NCBI RefSeq assembly: GCF_001194135.2
Contig: NC_068982.1
Coordinates: 36,198,318 to 36,262,317, forward strand
Direction: 5' to 3'
Length of the DNA: 64,000 nucleotides
From: Octopus bimaculoides
Lineage: Eukaryota
Part shown: in pieces, positions 52,492-64,000 of the stretch
Layout: every line of letters starts with the position of its first letter
Position numbering within the stretch: the first letter of the stretch is position 1
Position numbers and translations under genes: made by a program
Notes under the pieces: generated by a model
Databases searched by the model: none
What the model saw: the letters and a program-made list of their open reading frames with translations, nothing else
Told to the model about the DNA's origin: nothing

Positions 52492-53300
52492 TATTCCTTT
52501 CTTTTCAGAACCCTTATTTTAAAACACTGAATTCAGAAAAGGTTTTCTATATCTAATAATTTTAACAAGCCATCCAGCAACCAGGCTAGCACTGCCAAAC
52601 AAAAGCTGATGTGAAACGAGTATTTGACAATAAAAGATCTTGAACAGCTGAGCGAGAAGCTAAACTGCTTCCGTTTTCCAATATCGGCGCCAGACAAAAT
52701 AGCAGCAACTCTTAAGGGCACGTGTTGTTTGTCTTCTTACAAGCCTCCACCTTGAATCACACTTGTTACCTAAGGGAGTTGTCTCTTTTTTTACTATTGA
52801 AGTAATCAAGTTAAAAGCCGAAGATCGCGCTGGGAAAAAAATTTGATGCTATTTATATATGTTGCTGCTTTTTTTTCTTTCTTACTTCTTTTGATTTTAT
52901 TTATATTTTACTGTTTTAAAGCATGTTTATGGTCGAAAATGGCCGCCGGAGTATTGCAACTATGAGTCATGAACACAAAATAAGAAGCTAAGTTACTAGG
53001 AAGAAGTCGGTGATCTGTCGAAGTCAGTGATTAAGTGTTAATTGCCGAGAGGCGAGTACGTTGCGCCAAAACAGTTGACAGGAAATCAAATAAAACTACC
53101 AACTGCGCGTATTTATAATTCCAACGATGGCAATTTGGCGAAAGTGGTAAAAAAAAAAAAGCTGACAACTTAAAATGTCTTGCACCGGGTGGAGAGTGGA
53201 TGCTAAGTAATGAGGATGAGGGGAAACAATCACTGTTATATCTTGGTAAATTTATAGACAAGTGTAAAATATAAATCCACTGAATTACAATTACAAATAC
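52492..53300. promoter_or_regulatory. Putative RO60 5' UTR/promoter zone with a YY1-like motif
   Basis: CpG-retaining unique sequence immediately upstream of the ATG, with AAAATGGCCGCC near 52936-52947. There is a possible UTR intron (donor ctt|GTAAGA at 52740, acceptor ttttctgaattcag at 52527). No transcript data. Confidence 0.4.
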
Positions 53301-54438
53301 GAACAAGCTGGACCCGAATATGACAACAATAATGAACTACAACAATAACATCTATTCAAATATTTGTTATTAATCGATTGTTTAGTCCTCTTGAGTCATT
53401 CAGCTGTTTTCTGCTATAGTAACTTCACATTAAACATATCTAATTATAGCGAATTATTAGCTTTCTTTTTTAAAAATTGAGTAATCAAAAATAAGAAACT
53501 ATTCAGAACCGGTTTTCTGCTTGATTGTTTCATAGATATAAATGTTTTTCTTCATCAGAAGATATAAGGCTACCCAGCCTCTTTGCTGCTTTCATACAAC
53601 TCCAAATCAAGTGGTATTATTACCGAGATGTCTACTATTACAGCAGGAGCAGCAGTAGTAACAACAACAATAAATGCAGCAACTCCCTACCATAGTAGTT
53701 ATTAGACAGCCTTTTAATAGTTATTTCCTCTGGATATTGCGAACTGATGCCTTTTCATTGAAGCTGACAGATCAATGTTAAAAACGTCATTATTGTATGC
53801 TTAAAATAGAAAACAATAATGGCTAATGTCATCAATTTGTGAGAGTAAAAAAAAACCCAATCACTTTATTTCTCTTTCGCTTTCGATTTTATTTCCCTTG
53901 TCAGGGTAGAGGCGTGTGGAGTTACACAAACATCAGAACATCGCGCCAGATACTTAATCATATCTAAAAATATTTATCTTTTTTTTTTTATAATTTCAGT
54001 TCATTTTAACTCATATATTTTGTTTACATAACACACAATATATTTATTATACTTATATGTATATATATCCTCGGATCGCTACTCTCAAACCAAATTAAAC
54101 AACAGTTTACATACATACGTACGTACGTACGTTCATATGTGCATGTATGTTTATGTGCGTATATGTGTGTGTGTGTATATAATATATATATGCACACATA
54201 TATTTACATGCATACATTCACACACACACACACACACACACANNNNNNNNNNNNNNNNNNNNNNNNNNNNNNNNNNNNNNNNNNNNNNNNNNNNNNNNNN
54301 NNNNNNNNNNNNNNNNNNNNNNNNNNNNNNNNNNNNNNNNNNNNNNNNNNNNNNNNNNNNNNNNNNNNNNNNNNNNNNNNNNNNNNNNNNNNNNNNNNNN
54401 NNNNNNNNNNNNNNNNNNNNNNNNNNNNNNNNNNNNNN

Positions 54439-57229
54439 CTCTGGTTATGCCCAAACGTGTTCCACATATGTCCTCCCCAACCTTCCCGCAACGCAGGAGC
54501 AGTGTTACATCTGCGTCACGCACAATAGTCGGAAGAAGGGAAGAAAGTGCTCTTACTGCAGCAATTTCTTCCACCTCTTTTGCGTCAAACTCACTCGACG
54601 TATCTTGGAATCCCTGCCCCGGATGTACTGCCCGAGCTGCCTAACGTCAGGAGGAGAGATAACCCTCGCAACACTACGGTCGGATACAGAGATGCGGCAT
54701 GATGGTGACTTGATCCCGCTCAGTCTGGACGAAGTCTTGGTGTCTTTCTCCCGTCTCAAGCAGTCAGAGAGAATCATCATCAAGATCCTTGACGTAGCGA
54801 AGCCCTAGCGTCGTCTATAGGCCATGCACTTGCTACTAATAACCCGCAAGACTGGAATAAATTATTCAGTTTTGCGACGCTTGTTCTTGGGTTCCTGAAG
54901 GCTGGTGAGGGTTCGGTTCCCTCCATGACTTCGAGGCTTATCTGTAGTGTCACTTTCTTCAGCCACTATTCACCAACCAGCGACTCGCTTGTCCCAGGCT
55001 ACCCACCGGCACCGACGTCGTGCATGCAGGCACCTTCCAATTGTGCAAAAAGGCTTCGAGTTCAGGTCAATCGCAAACTAATTGAAGTCGACGTTTCTAC
55101 CATGGTGTGTGTGCTGGCCTCAAGCGACACAGTGCTCGAACCTACAACGGATTTTTTACTGATCTCCATCTCAAGCATCCGGACCTTCCTGCAGTTATCA
55201 GAGGTTTCAAAATCCCTGACAGTAACACGGCTTTGTTCGTGTCCATTGATTATGTGGCTACTGCTCTGAGATCCTTCTCAGCGAGCAGCAGTAACGGAGA
55301 AGATGGCCTGCGACCCGGCCACCTCAGATATTTAATCACGTCACACTCAAGCGGGAGCACGCTTGCCCTGATCTATCACTGTTGTAACAGTCTTCTTCGT
55401 GCGAGCCTCCTCCACCATGCCCGAGATCTCTTCTCAGCCAACCTTGCTGCATTTAAGAATGACGGAGGCTGGTAACATATTCTGAGGACTTGCGGCCAGG
55501 ATAGCATGTAGATTAGTCAGGCATGACGTGAGCGAAGCACTAAGCTTTGTCCTGCTGTATGTGAGGCTGCTGCCTGTGCGACCGGACACTACACATAGTA
55601 TACGCTTCCCTCGTCACCTTGTCTCCTGCTGAAGCTATATATAAAAGACGTCTTCAACAGCGTTAGGCAGGACCACATCTTGGAGACGTGTTCAAGACGT
55701 GCTCTCTAATTTTACTCGCTTGTATTCTTCTCCAATAAAACATTCAGCACACTTGTGGCTGCTGACAACAGGATCGCTTCTTCCCCAAATGTCCCGCAGT
55801 GTAATTCTCTTGGTCCGCTCCTTTTTGCGTTGGCTGTCAATAAGTTGCTCAATCAGTTCGCTCACCCATCAATGTCTGGTACCTGGATGACGCGACCCTG
55901 GGTAATTCGACTGAATCTGTTGTTGGGAACCTTCAGCAGGCCATCCCAGCCCTAAAGCTTCGTGGGCTTGAGATCAACCTGTCCAAGTCGGAGGTGACAA
56001 AAGTGAGCTATGGTGAGGCTGAATTCCAGGACGCCGAACTCAGGGTCCAACCAGTCTTGGCGAAGTCTCGGCTGACATAAAGGGACGCTATCTGCATTCT
56101 TGGCTCCCCATCTTCCCGAAAGTCATAACAGAGTGTTTGGAGACCAAAGTTGTGGACTTAACTAGGATGACTGAGAGATTGCGCCTTATTGTAGCACACC
56201 CGGCGCTCTTCCTCTCGAGGAATTGCTTTGCACTGCCTAAGTTCCCTTTCTAGCTATGCAATGCGCCATGTCGCCCTCTCACAGATCGACTCAGCGATAT
56301 CGATGACACCATCAGGCGCTGTACTGAACTGATCTGCAATGTTAGTTTTGACAGCAGCGGTTGGCAACAGGCTAAATTGCCTGTTAGATTCAGTGGCCAT
56401 TTCACATTGGAACTGGCTCTGCCGACCTATCCAGGAACACGAGTCAGCTCTAACCGATTGGACCGTTGAAGACCTTGCCGTCCCCCAGAATACAGATGTT
56501 CAACGTAACAGTGACGATATCAAATGCAAATCTGTCTTCGGGCGGATTGAGACATCCTTAAACCAGCACCGCATTACCTGTTTCCGTTCTGCTTCGCTGC
56601 CAAACATCAGCACGTGGATCAGTTCGGTGCTCCCCTTAACAGCTAGTACCCTTCTTGATGAATGCATTCGTATCGGAGTATCCCAGCGGTTCGGTATCCT
56701 CACGCGTGAACCACACAAATGCCGATGTGGAGCGTCAGTCGATGAATTCAGCTTACAGCCATTGTGCGGGCCGGTTCCCACGACACGCCGCTCTGAATAA
56801 CAAATTGAAGGAACCTCGACGCGGCCGGATTCTTGTCACAGTTGGAGCCAGTAGGTCTTGACCGCAGGGACGGTAAGCGCCCCGACGGAATAACCCTAAT
56901 CCTTAATCTGAGACGCGACGTGCTGCGATACGTTCTCCGGTTCCAGCCTTGCTGCATCGGCCGAAAACCCAGGTTTCGCCGCTCGTAACGTTGAGGAGAG
57001 GAAGACAAACACATACAGGAATCTGACCGGCCACTATCAGTTTGTGCCAGTCGCCGTCCTGACCTCAGGTGTTCTCGGACCCCGCACTGCTGATTTCTTC
57101 CGCAAAATCGGGATAACTGCGGTCCGTCCGAGAAATGAGTCCTGCAAGGTGAAGTGGCTGTCGCAGCTAGTGTCGCTGGACATTCTCCATGGCAACGCCT
57201 TTGCAATAGTGTTCGCGAGACGCGGCTGA
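54439..57229 (+). mobile_element. Decayed CRE-clade non-LTR retrotransposon (PHD finger, RT, CCHC, restriction-like endonuclease)
   Basis: GC-rich block. PHD CYIC...CSYCSNFFHLFC...YCPSC (54503-54640). RT motifs LKHP, NGEDGLRPGHL, FSANLAAFKNDGG, VFNSVRQD, SLGPLLFALAV, VWYLDDATLG (YLDD at 55880-55891). Knuckle CRCG...GRFPRHAALN. Endonuclease EPVGLDRRDGKRPDG, *DATCCDTF, FVPVAV.TSG. Many stops and frameshifts. The 5' end is lost in an N gap. Confidence 0.88.
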
Positions 57230-58355
57230 ACACGCTATTTGGTCTGGGGTGTACAATCTGTTACTCCCTCCAACACTCAGTCTTTTGCTACTTAATACTC
57301 CTCTACCAATTATTTTTCTTTTTGTTTCCTTGGTGAGGTAATTCTTTCTTTCTCGATAATTTGATTTTTTATACTTTTCATGGGCGGACCCAAAGGGTGG
57401 GGGTGGGGCTTGACGGGCACGTGCTCCCCTCAAGAAAAGAAGTGCGCCCTTCTAAATAATGTTATTATGCTCCTCTCTCCTGGAACTGTATTCCCTTCTC
57501 TCCATTCGAAAAATTCCTGGGACCGTGCCTGCTTTTAATGTTTTTTCTTTCTTTTCTTCCTGAAAAAATATGTAGCTAAATAAAACTTATGAATTTGGAA
57601 GAAGAAAAAGAAAAAAAAATCGGTGCTTCATATTTAAGCATTTAAATACTAACATTATAGAATTTGCTTTCCTCTCTCGAGAATCAATAAAATTAATATG
57701 AGATACATACAATCGGTTTCAAGCAAGTGTTTTCCCACTATTTATTAATTAAATTATCATTTCTTGCAAATTTTCCTGTCTTTTTTTCTCTTCATCTTCT
57801 TAATTTTGTCTCCTCTGTCTTTTAAGTTTACAAGCATAATTTATCTGCCCTCTCAAGGATATCCTCGTTTGATTTACATAGAATAAATTCTTTTAATGCG
57901 GTTTAAGTTGTAGCTAACTTGAATAGCTTCAAATTTAGGATTTAGTTTCGTTAAGAGTTCTCTACCCTGCTACTTAGAAACTTACATTGAAAGTATTACT
58001 CATCTAAAATATTTTATATTCTTTTACTCGTTTCAGTCATTTGACTGTGGCCATGCTGGAGCACCGCCTTTAGTCGAAGAAATCGACCCCAGGACTTATT
58101 CTTTGATATTACAGCATAAATCTTTTTTAGTAAAATAATTAAATAAATAAAAATTTAATCAAAATATCGCATGCAAACAAATCTACTCCGCTAGGATACA
58201 GTTTTCTAAATATTTCATTGACTAAAAATTTTGTAAATAAATTTATAGCATGGCCACAACTTTAAGGCTGAAACGTAAAAGAATAAAAGAATGTGTATGT
58301 GTGTGCATACAGGCTTACATATATACCTACTTACGTATGTATGTATGTATGTATA

Positions 58356-59045
58356 TGTAACGATGATAATCTGTGCAGTTACCAACTGTAATGGGTAAGA
58401 TCTGTTGTGATAACGGCAAGTTGTAAGATGTGAAAGATGGACAATGCATGAAGTTTTAAGGAAGTATTTATTTACCGTTACATTACAACACCTTGCCTCA
58501 ACAGGCAGGTTATGATAAATCCAAAAGCATGCGAAGTAAAGTTTGTGTTTGTGTCATCTTCATTGCTTAGTAGTAATTACAGAGAGAGATAGAATGATGT
58601 TGTAAGAGAATAGAATTAAAGCTAGTGAGAGTTGTCTCACAGTTGCTGACAGTAAACTTCATTTCTCCCTCTGACCAAGGTTCTAGCTGGTCAGCCAGAC
58701 TTCGTTGTCATTGAAGTGACTAACTCGTTGAGTCGTCACCGACTGATTTTTGCTTGGGGTGTTCTTGTTTTTATAACTATCCAGAAAGATAGACATATCA
58801 TTGAGAACAACAGATTTAGTTGATGGTCTTGTTATCTCTATTCTAGCTTTTGGTGAAGTAGAAGAGGTTAGAAAGGGTCAAGTGGTGAAGACATTATTTC
58901 GGCCTAGCTAAAGGCAATCTGGCGAATGTCAAACTGCTGTCACAGAAAACCCATCGTTCCACCGTGGGAAAAGTTCTGTTGCAGTGTTAATTTAAATTTG
59001 GCTATGGTGGATCGAATCCACTTCACGCATGCAAGATCCACTACA
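58356..59045 (-). mobile_element. Possible solo LTR inside an (ATGT)n tract
   Basis: A 690-bp unique block bounded by TGTA...TACA, with (ATGT)n on both sides and AATAAA on the minus strand about 110 nt from one end. No clean TSD. Confidence 0.35.
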
Positions 59046-59099
59046 TGTGTATGTATGTATGTATGTATGTATGTATGTATGTATGTATGTACGTCGAAG

Positions 59100-59364
59100 A
59101 CGACGTATTAGCGTTCAGCACTTTGCCGAACGATCTGCACAAATGATTTGTTTATAGTAATCAAATGTTTGTGCTGCACATTAGCTCACTCTCCCCATCA
59201 AATTGATGTTGTCTGCACAGGTGCACTGTGTGCTACACATCAAGTGGCACACAGAGCAATGTGAGATGAAATGTTTTTACTCAAGAACGCAACGCATCAC
59301 CTGGTCAAGGAATTGAAACCATGATCTCACGATTGTGAGTCGAACACCTCAACCACTAGGCCAT
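59100..59364 (-). mobile_element. SINE family C
   Basis: Minus-strand head ATGGCCTAGTGGTTGAGGTGTTCGACTCAC...GTTTCAATTCC. Confidence 0.7.
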
Positions 59365-60204
59365 ATATATGTGTACTCACTGAATTGTTGGTGTAACCAT
59401 GATGTTCTGATGATCTAATGAGCAAGTTATTTTTATTTGCATTGAGTTGTGAATACACAATTTTATTGTATAATATATTGCTTGCATATTAATGCAAACT
59501 TGTAAACATAATTTTATTCCCCACTGAAATTATTACTATATGAAGGTTACAAAATAGCCTTAATCATAAAGATGTCAACTAGCTGTGGTTAAATAAATAT
59601 ATTCATCTCTCATACCTTCAATGGTTTATATACTCCTCGTGAAGTAATTTAATTGATTGGATCTTTTGGATTTCAACTGCATGGACACTCTGCATTACAC
59701 TTCTCTGTATTGGATTACTAGGTGATCTGATAGCCAAGTCCGTTAGTGGAACTTTCTGTGATAGCCACATGATTCTCTGAATCCATATCTTATACTACAA
59801 TTTTAAACACACACACACACACACATGTAGTAGACTTCTTTCAGTTTCCATCTACTAAATCCAATCACAAGTCTTTGGTTGGCCTGGGGCTTACCCAAGG
59901 TACCATACAGTCACTTGTCAAGCAAATATCTTCTATGCCATAATTGCAAATATACATACATATATGCACAAATGCATACATACATGTGTACTAGTGGCCC
60001 TTAGCAATAGGTAATTTTTCGAAAATTACAATTTTGCTGCACCCACCCCTAATCCTGAATGTACGTCTTCAGTTGAGTTTTTCTTCTTCCTCTTCTTCAC
60101 CTTTGTCTGCTTCCAGTGTAACTTGGGCAATATTTGCCTTCACCTCTGTTGGAACATTTTCATCAAATATGGATAGAGTCACAGTTTCAGGAGCTAACTA
60201 CCAG

Positions 60205-60350
60205 AGATGGATGGAAAAAATTTTCGCAGCAGCCTTACTGATTTCTAAAGGATGAAAAGTAAAGTCAACTTTGGCAGAATTTGAACTCAAAATGTAAAGA
60301 CAGATGAGAATTTTGCACAGCATTCTAATGACTCTGCCAGATAGCTGTCT
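60205..60350 (-). mobile_element. SINE family A, partial
   Basis: AAAGGATGAAAAGTAAAGTCAACTTTGGCAGAATTTGAACTC matches the other copies. Confidence 0.7.
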
Positions 60351-60849
60351 AAATCATGCATTACATATTAATGATGGGTAACTTCAACCTTCTGATTGAT
60401 TTATGAATGCTCTAAATCAGGGAATTTGCATCTTAATCCCTAACAAAACAGAAGTAGAGTCACTTTTCAACTTCAAGAACAAATTTTTTCTCTCCCTATT
60501 TCTACTTGAGCAAGCAAAAGCATTTCGGACCTGGTGTTCAGCAAACATGCTTGCAGTATTCATAATATCACAGTGTCAAAGACCCTTTTCTCAGACCATA
60601 CAAGGTACTTTGTTGCCTTATTCATAACATCCAAAAATTAGACCAAAATTACTGACTTCAGTGAACCTATTTGACATCATGGAACCACATAAAGTGAACC
60701 GGAGAGCATTTACACAACTAGTTTTTCACACTCACTTCTGATATTACAGTATCTTGGCAGTCATTTGAAGAATGCAGTTACTTACATATGCACAAACCAT
60801 GCCCATCATGCTTCGCAAACAAAAATAGAAACAGGCTTTGAAGAAATAG

Positions 60850-60933
60850 AAAAATACTCATGGATGTTATATACTCCATGTAATTGGCTTGAAAAATACT
60901 CATGGATGATATATACTTTATGTGATTGACTTG
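60850..60933. repeat. 42-bp tandem duplication
   Basis: AAAAATACTCATGGATG.TATATACT..ATGT.ATTG.CTTG occurs twice. Confidence 0.9.
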
Positions 60934-61126
60934 AAAAAAATTGTTAAAAATATTAAGATATTTTCTTAACATGAAACCAATGGTAGCCTTAATGCACAAA
61001 TAAAGAATCTTTAACCACCAATAGTGTTGCACACTCACTTTCATTGTTTGACATTTACGTAGAAATATTTATTTCTATAAAGTATATACATGTATTCCTA
61101 CATATATATATGTATATCTATCTATC

Positions 61127-61163
<37 letters not shown>

Positions 61164-62008
61164 TATATATGACATATATATAAATGTGTGCATGTATGTA
61201 TATATATATATTTGTATGTATGTATATATGTGTATATATATATGNNNNNNNNNNNNNNNNNNNNNNNNNNNNNNNNNNNNNNNNNNNNNNNNNNNNNNNN
61301 NNNNNNNNNNNNNNNNNNNNNNNNNNNNNNNNNNNNNNNNNNNNNNNNNNNNNNNNNNNNNNNNNNNNNNNNNNNNNNNNNNNNNNNNNNNNNNNNNNNN
61401 NNNNNNNNNNNNNNNNNNNNNNNNNNNNNNNNNNNNNNNNNNNNNNNNNNNNNNNNNNNNNNNNNNNNNNTATATATATATATATATATATATGACAAGA
61501 TTATTTCAGTTTCCATCAACTAAATCCACTCACAAAACTTTGATGAGTCCAAATACAAAACACTTGCTCAAAGTCCTACATAATAGCATTGAGCTCAGAA
61601 CCGTTTAGTTGAGAAGCAAACTTCTCAACCACACAGGCATGCCTTTACACACACACATACTCAAAACTGTTTCATAAATTTAATGTTTTAATTGCACTTT
61701 TCTGTAGCCTATCTCCCTCTACTTTAATTTCAAAAGAAAATCTTACCTCTTTCTTTTCCCAGTTGATTCCATTCACTTAGGTTATTAATGCACTTACAAA
61801 AGTTAAAAAGAGTTGCAGTTTGTCGTTCTCTTTGATAGTCACATACTTCATACTTATAACGGAAAACATAATTTTAAAACTATTAGGTTGATTGATTCAC
61901 TAGCAAAATCAAAGTAAATCAATCTCCAATAACAATTTGAAATGAAAGCAAAAAATAAAATCACAGCAGACGACGTACGCGCGTGTGAGAGTAAGAGAAA
62001 GAGAAAGA

Positions 62009-62043
<35 letters not shown>

Positions 62044-62053
62044 NNNNNNNNNN

Positions 62054-62099
<46 letters not shown>

Positions 62100-62772
62100 G
62101 GACCAACAAACGCTTTCTGTTAATAAACTGTTTAAAGTTACTTCCCTTGAAAACTGTAGTTCTAAAGAAATATTTATTTTCAGTACGTCAGTCACATTAC
62201 GCAATCTTTCTTTTGTTGATCACTCTGACCTTGTATTCTGTAGGTCCTTCTTGTTTCATAGTGTGTGTATTTAGGCGCAGTTATTAGGGATAGCAACGCT
62301 ATCGGTATTACATCTCTGTGTGTTTTAGGAATTAGGTGGAAAGGGTAGCGTCTTTAAGGTGGTTTTTGATGTAGGTGAGTACAGATGTGTAAGGGGAATT
62401 TCAAATGAAGTGATAGGGACTGTGTTTGCCACATCAATGATTTGTACTCTTTGACTGTCCAAGTCGTCTTTCATTTTAAGTATTTTTAGTTTATTATGAG
62501 GTAGATTGTGGCTAGGGTAAGCGTAGCCTAGACAGGGCTACGATGATGAATCTAATATATTGTCTGTACATTATAGTCCACCACATACAGTACCAATAAA
62601 TCGTTTATGTCGTGTAGGCGTGCTTTAGAAACTTGCTTCCCAACCATGTGGACTTGGGTTCAGTCCTATTGCACAGCACCTTGAGTAAATGTCTTCTACT
62701 TATAGTCTTAGGTAGACCAAGGTCTTGTGAGTGCATTTGGTAACTGGGTTGATGGAAACTAAAAGAGCCCTT

Positions 62773-62807
<35 letters not shown>

Positions 62808-63439
62808 AAATAGTAAGGGATTACTCCAAACGTTTACCGGTTTGCTCTCATATATATAAAAGAACTAAAGGTAATGCTATGCCACTTCGTAATAATCATT
62901 ATTATTATTGTTGATATTATATATATATTTAGCAGACTGCTGTGACGAATGTGCAACATTGAAGAAAAAGGAATATTCACAAATTTATTGGCCAGTAGTG
63001 GTTAGTAAGACAGATGCATTAATAATTGACATTGGTACTATGTGTTGATCGCTCGTTGGTAGTGTGTACGTAGGGAAGCTGTGCGTTCTGCTGACAGAGA
63101 GAAAGAAAGGGTAAGGATTACGTTATCACTTTTCATTCAGTCGATGTGTGCAAAGCGAAGTGATCCCGGCTGGAGGTTTGCCAACAAAAGAGGGTGAAAG
63201 AGAGAAATGGGTCTCAATTAAATAAGGTATGGCCAAGATGTAGGTGAAGCCTAAAACAATGGACTAACTCTTCCATGACCAACAAAGGTCTCCTGAGGTC
63301 AGGTGTTTCTCATTAATCTCCCAGTATGGAAAAAATTATCTTAACTGGTATATCACACATACTGAGAAAAGTACATATCTTTTAAAGTATTGTCTTGTCA
63401 GTTCATTCTTACTTCCTTGTCAGTATGTACATTATGTAC

Positions 63440-63492
63440 TGACCAAAACCTTGTGAGTGGATTTGGTAGACAGAAACTGAAAGAAGACTGTC

Positions 63493-63524
<32 letters not shown>

Positions 63525-63730
63525 TTATGTGTGTGTCTGTGTTTGTCCCCACCACCGTTGCTTCTCAACTGATGTTGGTGTGTTTATGTCTCTATTACTT
63601 AGCAGTTCGGCAAAAGTGACCAATAGAATAAGTACCAAGCTTACAAAGAATAAGTCCTGGGGTCAATTTTTTCGACTAAAAGGTGGTGTTCCAGCATGGC
63701 CACAGTCAAATGACTGAAACAAGAAAAAGA
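63440..63730 (+). mobile_element. SINE family B body with a non-RTE 3' tail
   Basis: GTGGATTTGGTAGACAGAAACTG, then (TA)n/(TG)n, then AATAAGTCCTGGGGTCAA...CCAGCATGGCCACAGTCAAATGACTGAAAC. The same tail occurs inverted at about 58025-58105 and 36575-36670. Confidence 0.7.
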
Positions 63731-64000
63731 AAATTCACAGCGACAATGCTCTTCTCAGTATGTGTGACGTCCCAGTTAAGACACTCTTTTGCACTTCCTG
63801 CATGGATGGTAAGCCAGGGATCATTCTTAGATAATTTTCCATTATCATTATCATTGAGTGAGAGAGCAGATCATGCCATCAAAATGACACTGGGATACAA
63901 TTACCAATGTACCCATCACGACTACCTGTCTGATAAGGGTACACCAGGCACATACATCACAATTACATGTGCGTGACATGGTGATCTTATATCAAGATAA

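Noticed and set aside
62300-62360. Minus-strand LIPKTHRDVIPIALLS resembling RT motifs
   Set aside because: The spacing is too short and there are no further RT motifs.

Overview
AT-rich animal genomic DNA, most likely an octopus scaffold (inferred from its tRNA-derived SINEs and RTE LINE tails), with five N gaps. The only host gene I can support is RO60/TROVE2 on the minus strand. Its first coding exon (52491-51984) splices in frame, across a 48,971-bp phase-1 intron, to the next exon (3012-2789). Later exons lie beyond the left edge. The intron is packed with SINEs, RTE LINE pieces, hAT-type and other MITEs, a maT transposase remnant and microsatellites. A decayed CRE-clade non-LTR retrotransposon (PHD finger, RT, CCHC, restriction-like endonuclease) lies upstream on the opposite strand. 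The most notable observations are: (1) an inverted pair of Penelope-type minimal hammerhead ribozyme motifs at 48.6-48.8 kb, from which an intact ancestor can be reconstructed; (2) candidate 21-, 121- and 5-nt cassette exons that together keep the RO60 frame; (3) an 8-bp-TSD MITE with a central telomere-repeat palindrome, inserted across the end of a hAT MITE; (4) several near-perfect foldbacks; and (5) a CpG step near 48.9 kb. No Y RNA was found. Everything was read by eye, and repeat boundaries are approximate unless TSDs or splice sites are given.
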